Assembly: GCA_964435855.1 (NCBI GenBank)
Contig: CAYTAU010000003.1
Coordinates: 20,096-84,095, forward strand
Origin: an uncultured Bacteroidales bacterium
GTDB lineage: Bacteria; Bacteroidota; Bacteroidia; Bacteroidales; CAYTAU01
Reading direction: 5' to 3'
DNA: 64,000 bases
This document shows, one piece after another, positions 37,861-49,600 of this stretch. How positions within the stretch are numbered: the stretch's first letter is position 1; each line of letters begins with the position of its first letter. The translations under genes and the position numbers were made by a program. The notes under the pieces are model-generated. The model ran no database searches, was not told the origin of the DNA, and saw nothing but the letters and a program-made list of their open reading frames with translations.

Positions 37861-38406
37861 ATGAGTATTGAAATTGAAAAACAAATTCAGGAATTGCAAA
37901 AGAAAGTTGAGAAACTGGAAAAAGGAACAAAAGATCAAATGACTATTGTTGTTTTTTCAGGTGACCTTGATAAATTATTAGCAGCATTGATTATAGCTAC
38001 CGGAGCTACAGCAATGGATACTAAAGTGAAATTATTTTTTACATTTTGGGCTACAGCAGCTTTAAGAGACCTTAAGAAAAAAGGTAAAGGAAAAAATTTC
38101 ATGTCTAAGATGTTTGGTATGATGTTGCCTAAAGGAAACACAAAAGTTAAACTTTCTAAGATGAATATGGGGGGAATGGGTACATCAATGATGAAATCAT
38201 TAATGAAAAAGAAAAATGTTGCATCTCTTGAAGAAATGTTTAAAACAGCAGGAGAACTTGGCGTAGAGATTGGTATCTGTGAAATGAGTATGGACCTTAT
38301 GGGATTTAGCATAGATGAAATGATAGATTATCCTCATATGGAAGTATGCGGTGTAGCTTCATTTCTTGTAGATGCTGAAGAAAGTAAAGTACAACTATTC
38401 ATATAA
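37861..38406 (+). CDS. DsrE/DsrF/DrsE2-like family protein
   Basis: VVFSGDLDK, FFTFW, LSKMNMGGMG, CEMSMDLMG. Confidence 0.85.
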   Translation: MSIEIEKQIQELQKKVEKLEKGTKDQMTIVVFSGDLDKLLAALIIATGATAMDTKVKLFFTFWATAALRDLKKKGKGKNFMSKMFGMMLPKGNTKVKLSKMNMGGMGTSMMKSLMKKKNVASLEEMFKTAGELGVEIGICEMSMDLMGFSIDEMIDYPHMEVCGVASFLVDAEESKVQLFI

Positions 38407-38426
38407 TAAAAGCCCCCTACAATAAA

Positions 38427-39008
38427 ATGCAAAAAAACAACAAAATAAAACTGAAACTCAAAACAATGATATATCCACTACCTGCTGTTATGGTAAGTTG
38501 TGGGATAAAACCTGAAGAATATAACATTATTACGATTTCATGGACAGGAACCATTTGCTCTAATCCTCCAATGTGTTATATATCAATTAGACCAGAAAGG
38601 CATTCATACAATATTATTAAAAAAACCGGTGAATTTGTAATTAACCTTACTACAAATGAACTTGCTTATGCAACCGACTGGTGTGGTTTTAATTCGGGTA
38701 AAAACAACAACAAGTTTAAAGAGATGAAACTGACACCGGTAAAAGCACAAATAGTTAAAGTTCCATTGATCAAAGAATCACCGCTAAACATAGAATGCAA
38801 GTTGACTGAAATTAAGCAACTTGGATCACACGACATGTTCATAGCCGAAGTAGTTGCAATAAACGCTGATGGAAAGCTCTACGACAATGAAACAAAACTA
38901 TTTAACCTGATTGGCTCTGAACCAATTTCATACTGTAATGGAAAATATTATAATTTAGGGAATAAAATTGGCAAGTTTGGTTATAGTGTTGAAAATAAGG
39001 GAAATTAA
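38427..39008 (+). CDS. flavin reductase family protein
   Basis: YPLPAVMVSCG, GEFVINL, ESPLNIEC, LGSHDMF. Confidence 0.88.
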   Translation: MQKNNKIKLKLKTMIYPLPAVMVSCGIKPEEYNIITISWTGTICSNPPMCYISIRPERHSYNIIKKTGEFVINLTTNELAYATDWCGFNSGKNNNKFKEMKLTPVKAQIVKVPLIKESPLNIECKLTEIKQLGSHDMFIAEVVAINADGKLYDNETKLFNLIGSEPISYCNGKYYNLGNKIGKFGYSVENKGN

Positions 39009-39011
39009 AAT

Positions 39012-39743
39012 TTAATCATCTGTTTTCTTTTCGAGGTCACCAATATGAAAATTCATACAAAGAGTAATTTCCAGTAAAGCAGGATTAGTCATAGCATAAG
39101 AATTATAATTCTTTTGATAAACTCCATCTTCAATTAAATAATGTTCTCCATCCATAATATCTGATATAGTATATGATACTCTTGACCCTAAATTTAAACT
39201 ATAAACAGGAGTAAAGAAAATATTTACTCCAAAACCGAAAATAATACCAAACCTTTGCTTTGAAGAAAAATAGCTTTTATATATACCAAATGGTGTATCA
39301 ATAGTGTTTTTTTCCCATGCCTTAATAACTTTTGTAAATTTTAAGCCTATTTCCATATAACTACCTTTTTCAGCAATAGATCTTAAAAGAATAAATTTAT
39401 CAAATGTACGATAGTGAATAGTTTTTTCATATTTAACTACACCCTGTGTAATTTCATATTTTTGAGAAGATTGCGTAAATAACCCTTCAAAAGCAAAACC
39501 AAAACCGCCTCCCCAATTTGCACCAATCTGTCCTCCAATATTATATCCTGGATTCATATATCCAAAATATACATTCTGATCATCTTCAAAATTCCCATTA
39601 GTTGCATTTGAAGTTAAAATACTGCCTTTAGTAGTAATATTTACCCAAAAAGGATATGATTTACGATTGTCAGAATTATAATCCTGAGAATAAGCAGAAA
39701 ACTGAATTAAAATAAATACAATAATAAATACATTCCTAAGCAT
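39012..39743 (-). CDS. putative outer-membrane beta-barrel protein
   Basis: signal peptide, amphipathic beta-strands. Confidence 0.5.
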   Translation of the reverse strand: MLRNVFIIVFILIQFSAYSQDYNSDNRKSYPFWVNITTKGSILTSNATNGNFEDDQNVYFGYMNPGYNIGGQIGANWGGGFGFAFEGLFTQSSQKYEITQGVVKYEKTIHYRTFDKFILLRSIAEKGSYMEIGLKFTKVIKAWEKNTIDTPFGIYKSYFSSKQRFGIIFGFGVNIFFTPVYSLNLGSRVSYTISDIMDGEHYLIEDGVYQKNYNSYAMTNPALLEITLCMNFHIGDLEKKTDD

Positions 39744-39983
39744 ATCTAAAATAAATTGACTTAATATGTGTAAAAATAATAAAAATATACAATTTGGTTT
39801 AATGTTCTAAATAATTAAAAATATGATTTTAACTTTTCATCAGATTTACATAATGAATAACACACAAATACTCCTTTACCAAACCAAAGATATAGAAAAA
39901 AACTTAATGCCTTTTACGATTTCGATTTTAAACCATAACTTTTACGTAATATGTACACCTATAGAACGTATTTATAGAAAATA

Positions 39984-40012
39984 AAAAAGGAGCAATCAAA
40001 TCTCCTTTTTTT
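39984..40012 (-). terminator. probable terminator of the exbBD operon
   Basis: AAAAAGGAG...CTCCTTTTTTT hairpin. Confidence 0.6.
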
Positions 40013-40066
40013 AAATTAAATCTGTCAACCTATTTCACAGGACGACTCATAACAATGTTATATATT

Positions 40067-40543
40067 TTATTTTTTGTAAATCCTTTTTCTTGTAGAATAA
40101 TTAATTTTTAAAGCTTGTGCTTTTCTTAATTCCTGCTTAATGTCAGTTACAATACCCATTTCTGTATCCGAATCAACTTTTAATGAAGTTGTCATCTTTG
40201 GACGATCATTCTCACTTAAATTATCACGTTCATTTGCAATAAAATCTTGTATGTCATCAACATCTTTAAAGGCATCATTCAACTGAATTATTGGTTCAGT
40301 ACCATATAACTTTTGATATTTTGCACCCGGAATACCAACAAATATATAACTTACCAAAGATTTTTTTTCTAATTTTTTTATTTCTGTTGCTTCAGGTAAA
40401 ACTGGTTTTTTAATTAACAAAGAAGATTCTCTCATCACGGTTGTTACCATAAAAAAGAATAAAAGCATAAAAATAATATCCGGTAACGATGCTGTAGAAA
40501 TTTCGGGTATTCCCCCTTTTCCTTTTCTTGAAAATTTTGACAT
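40067..40543 (-). CDS. exbD: ExbD/TolR family protein
   Basis: SLPDIIFMLLFFFMV TM with conserved Asp. Confidence 0.88.
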   Translation of the reverse strand: MSKFSRKGKGGIPEISTASLPDIIFMLLFFFMVTTVMRESSLLIKKPVLPEATEIKKLEKKSLVSYIFVGIPGAKYQKLYGTEPIIQLNDAFKDVDDIQDFIANERDNLSENDRPKMTTSLKVDSDTEMGIVTDIKQELRKAQALKINYSTRKRIYKK

Positions 40544-40545
40544 AA

Positions 40546-41181
40546 CTATTTTATGTTTTTAGGTTCTGCTTCAGAAATTGCCTGAGGTATAGCTGTTTTA
40601 ACAGCTTTTTGTTGTTCTTCAGCAAGATCCTCGTATTTTTTACTGAATTTTCTCATCGAATATTCATCACGCAATTCGTTAAAAGCAGCAACAAGTTCAT
40701 TCTGAACCTCAATATAAATTTTATAAGATGTTCCTCTATCATTTTGCAAAGACACTATTCCTTTAGAACGCTGATAATCTTCTCCTAATATATCTATCGC
40801 CGATTGAAATTTATTGGCTCCTTTAATATCTTCTTTTTTCAAAGATTTTTCTTTTAAAAACGATAAGGATTCTTTTTCCGGAAGACTTTTTTTGTTTGCA
40901 GGATTTAATACAAATTCTTTTGTTTTTTCGCGTAAAATACCTACTTGCATATAATCTCCATTTACCAATAGTTCATCACGTTTATTTATTAATACTACAA
41001 ATACATTTCTTTTATGTACATCAATTTTTGTAGTATCTTCAGTGTCTTCCGGAATAGGGGGCAATCTTCTGGAAAGTCCTCTATCCAGATCCATTGTTGT
41101 AGCAACAAGAAAGAAAATTAATAGCATAAAAGCTATATCTGCCATTGATGCTGATGGTATTTCAGGAAATTTTCTTGCCAT
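40546..41181 (-). CDS. exbD: ExbD/TolR family protein
   Basis: SMADIAFMLLIFFLVATT, ISEAEP. Confidence 0.88.
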   Translation of the reverse strand: MARKFPEIPSASMADIAFMLLIFFLVATTMDLDRGLSRRLPPIPEDTEDTTKIDVHKRNVFVVLINKRDELLVNGDYMQVGILREKTKEFVLNPANKKSLPEKESLSFLKEKSLKKEDIKGANKFQSAIDILGEDYQRSKGIVSLQNDRGTSYKIYIEVQNELVAAFNELRDEYSMRKFSKKYEDLAEEQQKAVKTAIPQAISEAEPKNIK

Positions 41182-41233
41182 TTTAAAATTATTTTAAAAT
41201 AGCACAGGAGAATTACTCTCCCATACTAATATG

Positions 41234-41683
41234 TTATTTTTTAAATACTTTTCTAATTTCAGAAACAAAAATTCCTAAAATAGCTAATAATAGTAAGAAA
41301 TACATTGCATAGATACCGGTTCCTGCAAATTTTAGAGTAACAGGATTGTTATCGCCACCTAAATAAGTTTTAGGTAAATTAACTAAAGCATCATCTGCAA
41401 GCAAATAACCAATACCGAATAAAACTATTAATCCTATAATCCCAATAAGTGCAGAGAATACACTTTTAGGATTTTTAACTAGTGCATATATTGGGAAAAG
41501 TATTGCTGCTTCTGCTGTAATTCCTAAAAGAATGTATGCCCAAACAAGTATTAAATTCGTGTTGTTTGGTGTTCCTGTAAATTCTTCTTTCCCGCCGATA
41601 TAAAACATTAGTATAAATACAACAGAAATTAACAATAATATTCCCAAAAATATTTTTAATATTTTTGATAATGAACTATCCAT
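41234..41683 (-). CDS. 4-TM membrane protein of the Bacteroidota exbB-x-exbD-exbD operon
   Basis: hydrophobic helices; conserved operon position. Confidence 0.7.
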   Translation of the reverse strand: MDSSLSKILKIFLGILLLISVVFILMFYIGGKEEFTGTPNNTNLILVWAYILLGITAEAAILFPIYALVKNPKSVFSALIGIIGLIVLFGIGYLLADDALVNLPKTYLGGDNNPVTLKFAGTGIYAMYFLLLLAILGIFVSEIRKVFKK

Positions 41684-41688
41684 AATTT

Positions 41689-42546
41689 TTATTTTTTAAG
41701 CTTAGATTTAACCAAAATATCTATTAAAGTAATAGATGCGTCTTCCATTTTGTTAACGATACCGTCGATTTTTGAAACGATATAATTGTAAAAAACCTGA
41801 AGTATCATTGCAACAACCAAACCTGAAACCGTTGTGATCAAGGCAACTTTAATACCTCCGGCAACTAATGATGGAGAAACATCTCCTGCAATTTCAATTG
41901 AATTGAAAGCAGATATCATACCAAGTACAGTTCCCATAAAACCAAGCATAGGTGCAAGAGAAATAAATAACGCAATCCATGTAAGATTTGTTTCAAGTAA
42001 TCCCATTTGTACACCACCATAAGCAACAACTGATTTTTCAACTGTTTCAATACTGTTAGGATCGTCTGCATCAAATCTGTCTAATCCTTGATAGAATATA
42101 CTTGCAACAGGTCCTTTTGTATTTCTGCATACTTCTTTTGCAGCTTCAATGCCTCCTGTTTCAATTGCACCTTCAACACCTTTTAAAAGTTTCTCGGTAT
42201 TTGTTGAAGCAAGGCTTAAATAAATAATTCTTTCAATAGCTAATGCTAATCCAAGAATTAAACAAAGCAACACAAAGCTCATAAATGTAGCACCACCTTC
42301 TATAAAAAGTTTTTTAACTTTTTGATGCATAGTTGTACCTGTTTCAACATCAGTTGCAGCTTCTTCAGCAGCTGCATCTTCTGTAACTTCATCCGCAACA
42401 ACTCCTTCTTCAGCAACTGCATTCGAATCATCTACCTGTTCTGCATCAGGAAGATCTATTTCTTCAATTTCTTCAACTTGAGCAAACAAATTAGATGCAA
42501 AAAAGAGCATCACCAAAACAGTTGTTAATACAAATAATTTTTTCAT
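41689..42546 (-). CDS. exbB: MotA/TolQ/ExbB proton channel protein
   Basis: APMLGFMGTVLGMI, AGGIKVALITT. Confidence 0.92.
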   Translation of the reverse strand: MKKLFVLTTVLVMLFFASNLFAQVEEIEEIDLPDAEQVDDSNAVAEEGVVADEVTEDAAAEEAATDVETGTTMHQKVKKLFIEGGATFMSFVLLCLILGLALAIERIIYLSLASTNTEKLLKGVEGAIETGGIEAAKEVCRNTKGPVASIFYQGLDRFDADDPNSIETVEKSVVAYGGVQMGLLETNLTWIALFISLAPMLGFMGTVLGMISAFNSIEIAGDVSPSLVAGGIKVALITTVSGLVVAMILQVFYNYIVSKIDGIVNKMEDASITLIDILVKSKLKK

Positions 42547-42615
42547 GATCTGTTTTTAAAATTTAATTAATTAAAATTTATATAATAGTTAAAATTAACT
42601 CTTTGTTATAATCCG

Positions 42616-42703
42616 CGGAGAGGAAGGGATTCGAACCCCCGGTACAGTTTTGCCATACACACGCTTTCCAAGCGTGCACCTTAAGCCACTCGGTCACCTC
42701 TCC
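42616..42703 (-). tRNA. tRNA-Ser(GGA)
   Basis: GGAGAGG acceptor stem, anticodon arm CACGC-TTGGAAA-GCGTG, long variable arm, GTTCGAATC T-loop; CCA not encoded. Confidence 0.96.
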
Positions 42704-42882
42704 TCAAATATATTAAGAGTTGTTAAATACAAAAAGAACATAATTTTGAGCCGCCAAAGTACAAAAAATATTTAACTCAAAAAATAAGATTTAAAATTAT
42801 TTTTTAAGAAATTGGGAATATGCTTATTTTACAAATAAAATATTAAATCATATTTAATTCTAATATTGTTATTATAATATAT

Positions 42883-43650
42883 TTACAATTTAAAAAGCTG
42901 TTCAGCATTTTGAGTAGTAGCTTCAGCAATTATTTCAATTTTTTCGTTATAAAGTTCAGAAATTTTTTTTGCAATAATATTAATATATAAACTTTCATTT
43001 CTTTTGCCTCTATAAGGCATAGGTGATAAAAAAGGAGCATCCGTTTCTAATATTATATGTTTAATATTAATATTTTTAATTACTTCAACAAGTTTTGAAT
43101 TTTTAAATGTAATAACTCCACCTATTCCAAGTTTAAAACCATAAGAAATTGCCTTGTTGGCTTCTTCAATATTGCCGGAAAAACAATGAAATACTCCATT
43201 TAATTTTGTATCATTAACTTCATCCAGTATTTTAAATACTTCTTTAAATGAATCTCTGGTATGAATAACAATTGGCAAATTAAAAAACTTTGCCAGTTTA
43301 ATTTGTTCTTTAAAGGCTATAATTTGTTCTTCTAAAAAAGTTTTATCCCAGTATAAATCAATACCTGTTTCTCCTATGGCTATGAATTTTTCACTTTTTA
43401 ATTGAGTATCAACATTAATAAGTTCATTTTCAAAATCTTTTTTCACAGATGTAGGGTGAAGACCTATCATTGGAAAACAGTTATCGGGAAAATCATTACA
43501 CAAGTCTAACATACCTTTTACAGAACTACTGTCAATATTGGGCAAAAATATTTTTGTAACATTATTTTTAATAGCTCTTGCAATTACTTTGTTTCTGTCT
43601 TCATCAAAAGCAGAAAGATATATGTGTGCATGTGTATCAATAAAATTCAT
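42883..43650 (-). CDS. TatD family hydrolase/DNase
   Basis: IDTHAH, GLHP, IGETGID, IHTRD, HCFSG, LETDAP. Confidence 0.93.
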   Translation of the reverse strand: MNFIDTHAHIYLSAFDEDRNKVIARAIKNNVTKIFLPNIDSSSVKGMLDLCNDFPDNCFPMIGLHPTSVKKDFENELINVDTQLKSEKFIAIGETGIDLYWDKTFLEEQIIAFKEQIKLAKFFNLPIVIHTRDSFKEVFKILDEVNDTKLNGVFHCFSGNIEEANKAISYGFKLGIGGVITFKNSKLVEVIKNINIKHIILETDAPFLSPMPYRGKRNESLYINIIAKKISELYNEKIEIIAEATTQNAEQLFKL

Positions 43651-43666
43651 ATTGCAAAATTAAGCA

Positions 43667-43692
43667 TAAAAAAAGGGGCATAGCCCCCTTTT
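43667..43692 (-). terminator. terminator after gdh
   Basis: AAAAAAGGGGC-ATA-GCCCC hairpin with a T-run on the minus strand. Confidence 0.7.
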
Positions 43693-43712
43693 ATATAATA
43701 AAATATTAAAGA

Positions 43713-45053
43713 TTATACTAATCCCATATCTAACATTGAATCTGCAACTTTAACAAATCCACCAATATTAGCTCCTTTAACATAGTTAATATAGCCGTTT
43801 TCTTCTTTGCCATATTTAACACATGTTTTGTGAATATTTATCATAATATTGTGTAATCTTTCATCCACTTCTTCTCTTGTCCATGATAATCTCAATGAGT
43901 TTTGAGACATTTCAAGTCCTGATGTAGCAACTCCACCAGCATTTGAAGCTTTACCCGGAGAATAAAGAATTTTTGCATCTTGAAATATATTTATTGCTTC
44001 AATTGTACAAGGCATATTTGCACCTTCAGTTAAACATATATATTTATTTTTAATTATATTGTTAGCGTCATCAACATCAATTTCATTTTGAATAGCACAA
44101 GGCAATGCAATATCTGCATCAACTTCCCAAGGTCGCTTATTAGGAAAAAATTCTACATCGAATTTATCTGCATATGGTTTAATTATATCCTGATTTGAAT
44201 ATCTAAGTGCTAACATATAATCAATTTTTTCTCCACTTATTCCATCAGGGTCATATATATAACCATCAGGACCCGATAATGTAACAACTTTGCCTCCTAA
44301 TTCAGTAGCTTTAGTTACTGCACCCCATGCAACATTTCCAAAACCAGATACTGTAATTATTTTATCTTTTATACTTTCTCCAATTGTTTTAAGCATTTCT
44401 TTTGCAAAATAAACAACCCCAAAACCTGTTGCTTCAGGACGAACTAAACTACCTCCCCAGTTACTACCTTTGCCGGTAAGTACACCTGTAAATTCATTTC
44501 TAAGTCTTTTGTATTGTCCAAATAAAAATCCTATCTCACGACCACCCACTCCGATATCACCGGCAGGAATGTCAGTATTGGGACCAATATGACGTTGTAA
44601 CTCTGTCATAAAGCTTTGGCAAAATTTCATTACTTCGTTGTCTGATTTTCCTTTAGGGTTGAAATCAGAACCACCTTTACCACCACCCATAGGTAGTGTT
44701 GTTAGGCTATTTTTTAAAACTTGCTCGAAAGCTAAAAATTTTAACCCACTAAGGGTTACACTAGGATGAAAACGTAAGCCACCCTTGTAAGGCCCAATAG
44801 CACTATTCATCTCAATTCTATAACCTCTGTTTATTTCTACTTCTCCTTTGTCGTTTAACCAGGGAACTCTAAACATAATTACTCTTTCTGGTTCACAAAT
44901 TCTTTCCAGAATTTTTGCTTCTTTATATTTAGGATTTTTTTCAATAAAAGGAATAATTGTTTCTACAACTTCCAATACTGCCTGATGAAATTCTTTTTCA
45001 CCAGGATTTTTAGCTTCGATATAAGCCATGAATTTTTCTACTTGTGTGTTCAT
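43713..45053 (-). CDS. glutamate dehydrogenase (SGFGNVA/SGPDG type, possibly NAD-preferring)
   Basis: GPYKGGLRFH, MGGGKGG, RPEATG, GKASNAGGV. Confidence 0.93.
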   Translation of the reverse strand: MNTQVEKFMAYIEAKNPGEKEFHQAVLEVVETIIPFIEKNPKYKEAKILERICEPERVIMFRVPWLNDKGEVEINRGYRIEMNSAIGPYKGGLRFHPSVTLSGLKFLAFEQVLKNSLTTLPMGGGKGGSDFNPKGKSDNEVMKFCQSFMTELQRHIGPNTDIPAGDIGVGGREIGFLFGQYKRLRNEFTGVLTGKGSNWGGSLVRPEATGFGVVYFAKEMLKTIGESIKDKIITVSGFGNVAWGAVTKATELGGKVVTLSGPDGYIYDPDGISGEKIDYMLALRYSNQDIIKPYADKFDVEFFPNKRPWEVDADIALPCAIQNEIDVDDANNIIKNKYICLTEGANMPCTIEAINIFQDAKILYSPGKASNAGGVATSGLEMSQNSLRLSWTREEVDERLHNIMINIHKTCVKYGKEENGYINYVKGANIGGFVKVADSMLDMGLV

Positions 45054-45242
45054 TTTATATATTTTTATTATTAATAATAAGTTTAAAAATTAATTTACAA
45101 ATTTAATGCTTTTTTTTAAGTAGAATAATAGTTTTGTTGTATAACATAAGTGTTATATAACAATGTAAATTCATGAATTTAATGAAAAAAATATTGTGTA
45201 AAGTAATTTAGTTGATTATAAAATATACAAATAAATATTGGA

Positions 45243-46583
45243 TTAAACAAAACCTTGGTCTAACATAGCATCGGCAACTTTAGCAAATCCTACAATATTA
45301 GCTCCTTTAACATAGTTGATATAGCCGCTTTCTTCTTTGCCATATTCAACGCATTTTTTATGTATATCAATCATAATATTGTGTAATCTTTCATCTACTT
45401 CCTCTCTTGTCCAGGATAATCTTAATGAATTTTGAGACATTTCAAGTCCTGATGTTGCAACTCCACCTGCATTTGCTGCTTTTCCCGGCCCATAAAGAAT
45501 TTTATTGTTTTGGAAAACTTTTATAGCTTCTGGTGTTGAAGGCATATTGGCCCCTTCTGATACACAAATACAACCATTATCAACAAGATTTTTTGCATCA
45601 TTTTCATCAATCTCGTTTTGAGTTGCTGATGGTAATGCTATATCACATTTAACTCCCCAAGGTCTTTCACCTTCTACATATGTGCAGCCATATTTTTCGG
45701 CATATTCTTTAATTCTACCTCTTTTTATAGTTTTAAGCTCAATTACAAAAGCTAGTTTTTCAGCATCAATTCCTTCTGTGTCGTGAATGTAACCAGATGA
45801 ATCTGATAATGTAACAACTTTTCCGCCAAATTCTGTAGCTTTTTCAGTTGCATATTGAGCAACATTACCAGAACCAGAAACTGTAACAGTTTTTCCTTCA
45901 AAACTATCATTTCTTGTTTTAAGCATTTCTTTTGCGAAATATACCTGACCATATCCTGTAGCTTCCGGTCTAATTAAACTACCACCCCAGTTAGTGCCTT
46001 TGCCAGTAAGAGCACCGGTAAATTCATTCCTTAATCTTTTATATTGTCCAAATAAAAATCCTATTTCACGACCACCTACTCCTATATCACCGGCAGGAAC
46101 ATCAGTGTCAGGACCAATGTGGCGTTGTAATTCTGTCATAAAACTTTGGCAAAATTTCATTACTTCGTTATCTGATTTTCCTTTTGGGTTGAAATCAGAA
46201 CCACCTTTACCTCCACCCATAGGTAGTGTTGTTAGGCTATTTTTAAAAACTTGCTCGAAAGCTAAGAATTTTAATATACTTAAGTTTACATTTGAATGAA
46301 GACGTAAACCTCCTTTATAAGGTCCAATAGCACTATTCATCTCAATTCTATAACCTCTGTTTATTTCTATTTCGCCAATATCGTTTAACCAGGGAACTCT
46401 AAACATAATAACTCTTTCGGGTTCACAAATTCTTTCCAGAATTTTAGCTTCTTTATATTTAGGATTTTTTTCAATATATGGAATAATAGTTTCTACAACT
46501 TCCATTACTGCCTGATGAAATTCTTTTTCTCCAGGATTTTTAGCTTCGATATAAGCCATGAATTTTTCTACTAGCGGATTCAT
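45243..46583 (-). CDS. gdhA: glutamate dehydrogenase (SGSGNVA/SDSSG type, NADP-like)
   Basis: GPYKGGLR, MGGGKGG, RPEATGYG, GKAANAGGV. Confidence 0.93.
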   Translation of the reverse strand: MNPLVEKFMAYIEAKNPGEKEFHQAVMEVVETIIPYIEKNPKYKEAKILERICEPERVIMFRVPWLNDIGEIEINRGYRIEMNSAIGPYKGGLRLHSNVNLSILKFLAFEQVFKNSLTTLPMGGGKGGSDFNPKGKSDNEVMKFCQSFMTELQRHIGPDTDVPAGDIGVGGREIGFLFGQYKRLRNEFTGALTGKGTNWGGSLIRPEATGYGQVYFAKEMLKTRNDSFEGKTVTVSGSGNVAQYATEKATEFGGKVVTLSDSSGYIHDTEGIDAEKLAFVIELKTIKRGRIKEYAEKYGCTYVEGERPWGVKCDIALPSATQNEIDENDAKNLVDNGCICVSEGANMPSTPEAIKVFQNNKILYGPGKAANAGGVATSGLEMSQNSLRLSWTREEVDERLHNIMIDIHKKCVEYGKEESGYINYVKGANIVGFAKVADAMLDQGFV

Positions 46584-46647
46584 TTTTTTTATTTTTATGA
46601 TTAATAACTGATGTTACGCAGCAAATTTACTATTTTTGTGCGTAACA

Positions 46648-49600
46648 TCAGTTATTAATAGAAATTACAGAAATACTTTTCTTGCCATCCATTGAAATAG
46701 TAAGAGGTTTATTGAATTTAATATGCTTAAAGTGTTTAGTCTCCTCTATAGTTTTTTGTTCGGCCAGCATTTCCCAATTAATAAAATCGGAAGTTGCTTT
46801 ATGCTGAACAGTGAAATATCCTACATTCATTGATGTAACATTATGAAAAAAGTGTGAACCAAGTGAGGCATCAAGTGGAAATTCATCAAGACTAATTTCT
46901 ACAATTACTTTTGCATTACTAATTTGAGGCCATAGCACAGGCACACCTATAAAACGATCTTGTGAGCCCCATCTACCGGGCCCAATAAGAATATATTTTT
47001 TATTTTCTTTTAGCATTTGCACATTGAGTTTGTCTAACTCATTTGCCATCTCAATTGTTTTAGTATTATCAAAATTTTCATTTTTCACATATATTACATC
47101 ATCAATATCTTTTATTACTCCATTACCCATGCTTTTTTCTGAAAGGAGCAATAACTGTTTTTTTGCAATTTTATCAATGTCAATATTAAAATCATCGTCG
47201 TTACCAACCAGTGGTTTTATCTGTAAAAGATGAAATGCAGATAGTTTATCTTCGTTTAGCTCAATAGCAAATTCAATTTCGGCAGGTGCGCCAATAGATT
47301 CCTTTATAATCTCTAATACCGTACTAATGGTTTCAGCTAATGGAATGCAATTATATTTAAGAATATTTGCAAAATTTATAATACGAGGACCTACTATGCC
47401 TAAGCCAGGTACAATTCTATCATTATTATAATCGTAAACAGATGCACAATGGTGAAGGTTTTCGTGTTTTTCTGCTACCCCTATTTCTAATCTTGCTAAT
47501 GCAGCATTCTGACCATCTAATAAATTAAAATCTTCCTTTTTTAAATCTATTGCTAAAAATTCTGTTTGTGAGTTTTTAATAAGTGCTTCGTTAGAATTTA
47601 TTTCCGTTTTCGGATAAGATGGTGAAAATCTGTATGATTTTTCTCCTTCAACTACATAGGCTCCTAATCCAACAGCTGCAGTTGCAAATCCCTCTTCTGG
47701 TTTCATGTGCCCAATAGGATAATAGTTATGAGACTGGGCTGTACCACTTATATGTGGATAGAAATAATCCTCAAACTTATCTCCAACAACTTCCTGTATA
47801 ATAATTGCCATTTTCTCTTCTTCAATCTTGTAGTTAACAGCTTCGAAATATGTTCTGGCATTTTTAGAATAAATAGATGCATAAACTAATTTAATTGCAT
47901 CTGTTACATGTTTCATCCTAATTTCTAAACTAAAATTGTTGTTGGGTAATAAATATGTAGAGAAGATACCAGAGAATGGTTGCATTAAAGAATCTTCGAA
48001 CAAACTAGATGACCTTACTGCAATAGGTTTTGTAAAATATTTTAATGCTATTTCCAGATTTTCTATTAAATGGTCTGATAGCTTAGCTTTAATAAAAGCT
48101 TTTTTAATTTTTTCTTCATCTTTTTCAATTAAAACGAGTTTATTTAGTTTATTATTTATCATAAACTCATCATATTCATCTGTCCCAATAATTGATGTTT
48201 TAGGTGATGTAATGTGAATATCGGGTATTAGTTTTGAAAAATAGAAATTACACATTAATGTATTAATAAATGCCAAACCTCTGCCTTTACCACCCAAGGC
48301 ACCCGAAGAAAGTTTAACAATGGTACTTTCATCTGTTAATGCTGATTCATCAAACATAACCACTTTGCCAATATCTCTTTCGTTTTTATATTTTGTAATA
48401 GATTCTAAGATAAATGTCCTTATATCTTCAGGGTTTTCATAGTCTGAAACATATTTTTCATTAACTGCTTTGGCAATATGTATTTCCCCTCTTGCTATAA
48501 ACCAAAAAGAAAAATGGAATTTAAGTGCATGATAGATTATAGATTCAACAGGTATTATTTCAAAAATACTGACAAATTCTTTTAGTGATTTTGCTATTGC
48601 AATTTCAATTCCATTACTATCGCAAAAAATAAAATTCCCAAAGCCTAAATACTTACTAATAAAATCTTTTATGTCTTGTGATAAACTGTCGGAATTTTTA
48701 TTAATAAAGACAGAATTTAGTTCTTTTGCCTTTTTTTCATTATTACTGTCAGAAGATTGTAAGACTGTAGCAATATTAGGAGAATTTTCTTTTACATATT
48801 TTATAAGTTCAATACCTGCTGTATCGCATTGCTTTCCATTTTTTGGATAATGTACATCAGATATTACACACAATAAATTATCTTTATATTCTTCATATAT
48901 TGATATTGCATCTTCAAAATTTGATACTAAAAGTATTTTTGGTCTGGCTCTTAATCTTAAAACTTTATATAAACCATCAGAAATAGTATCTTCCATCAAT
49001 GATCTAGTTTGTTTTCTAATTGTATCGTAAAGTAGTGGGAGGTATCTTGAATAATATTTTGGTGAATCTTCTACTAAAAGAATTACTCTTACCATTCCAA
49101 TACTTGTATCATTTTTGGCATTTACTTTGTCTTCAATATGTTTTACCATAGTATAGAAGATTTTAGAATCACCATTCCAGACAAAATGCATGTCTATTGA
49201 CTCCAGCATATTTGGTTTTTCCGTCAATAAAGCAATATCAAGATTATTGTTTAGTAATAAGAAAATAGGTATATATGGATATCTTCTTTTAATTACCTTG
49301 CTTAATGCAATAGGAGTTCTTTTATTTAATCCCAGCATTATTACAACAAGGTCGTAATGTTTATCATTTAAATGCTCTAACACCTCTGTATTGTACGATA
49401 CTCCTGTTATTCGGGGTGTGGATGTGAGATTTAAATGGTAATACTCTCCAAGTATGTTTTCAGAAAATCTTCCTTCTTGCTCAAAGATATATGTATCATA
49501 TAAATTAGCAACAAGTAGTATTTCCTTAACTTTAAATCGCATTAAATCGTGAAAAATATCACGGTCGGTATTACACTTATATAATAATTTCTTAAATAAT

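Noticed and set aside
42547-42615. Integrative element at the tRNA-Ser 3' end
   Set aside because: No integrase and no duplicated tRNA 3' end seen; exbB follows directly
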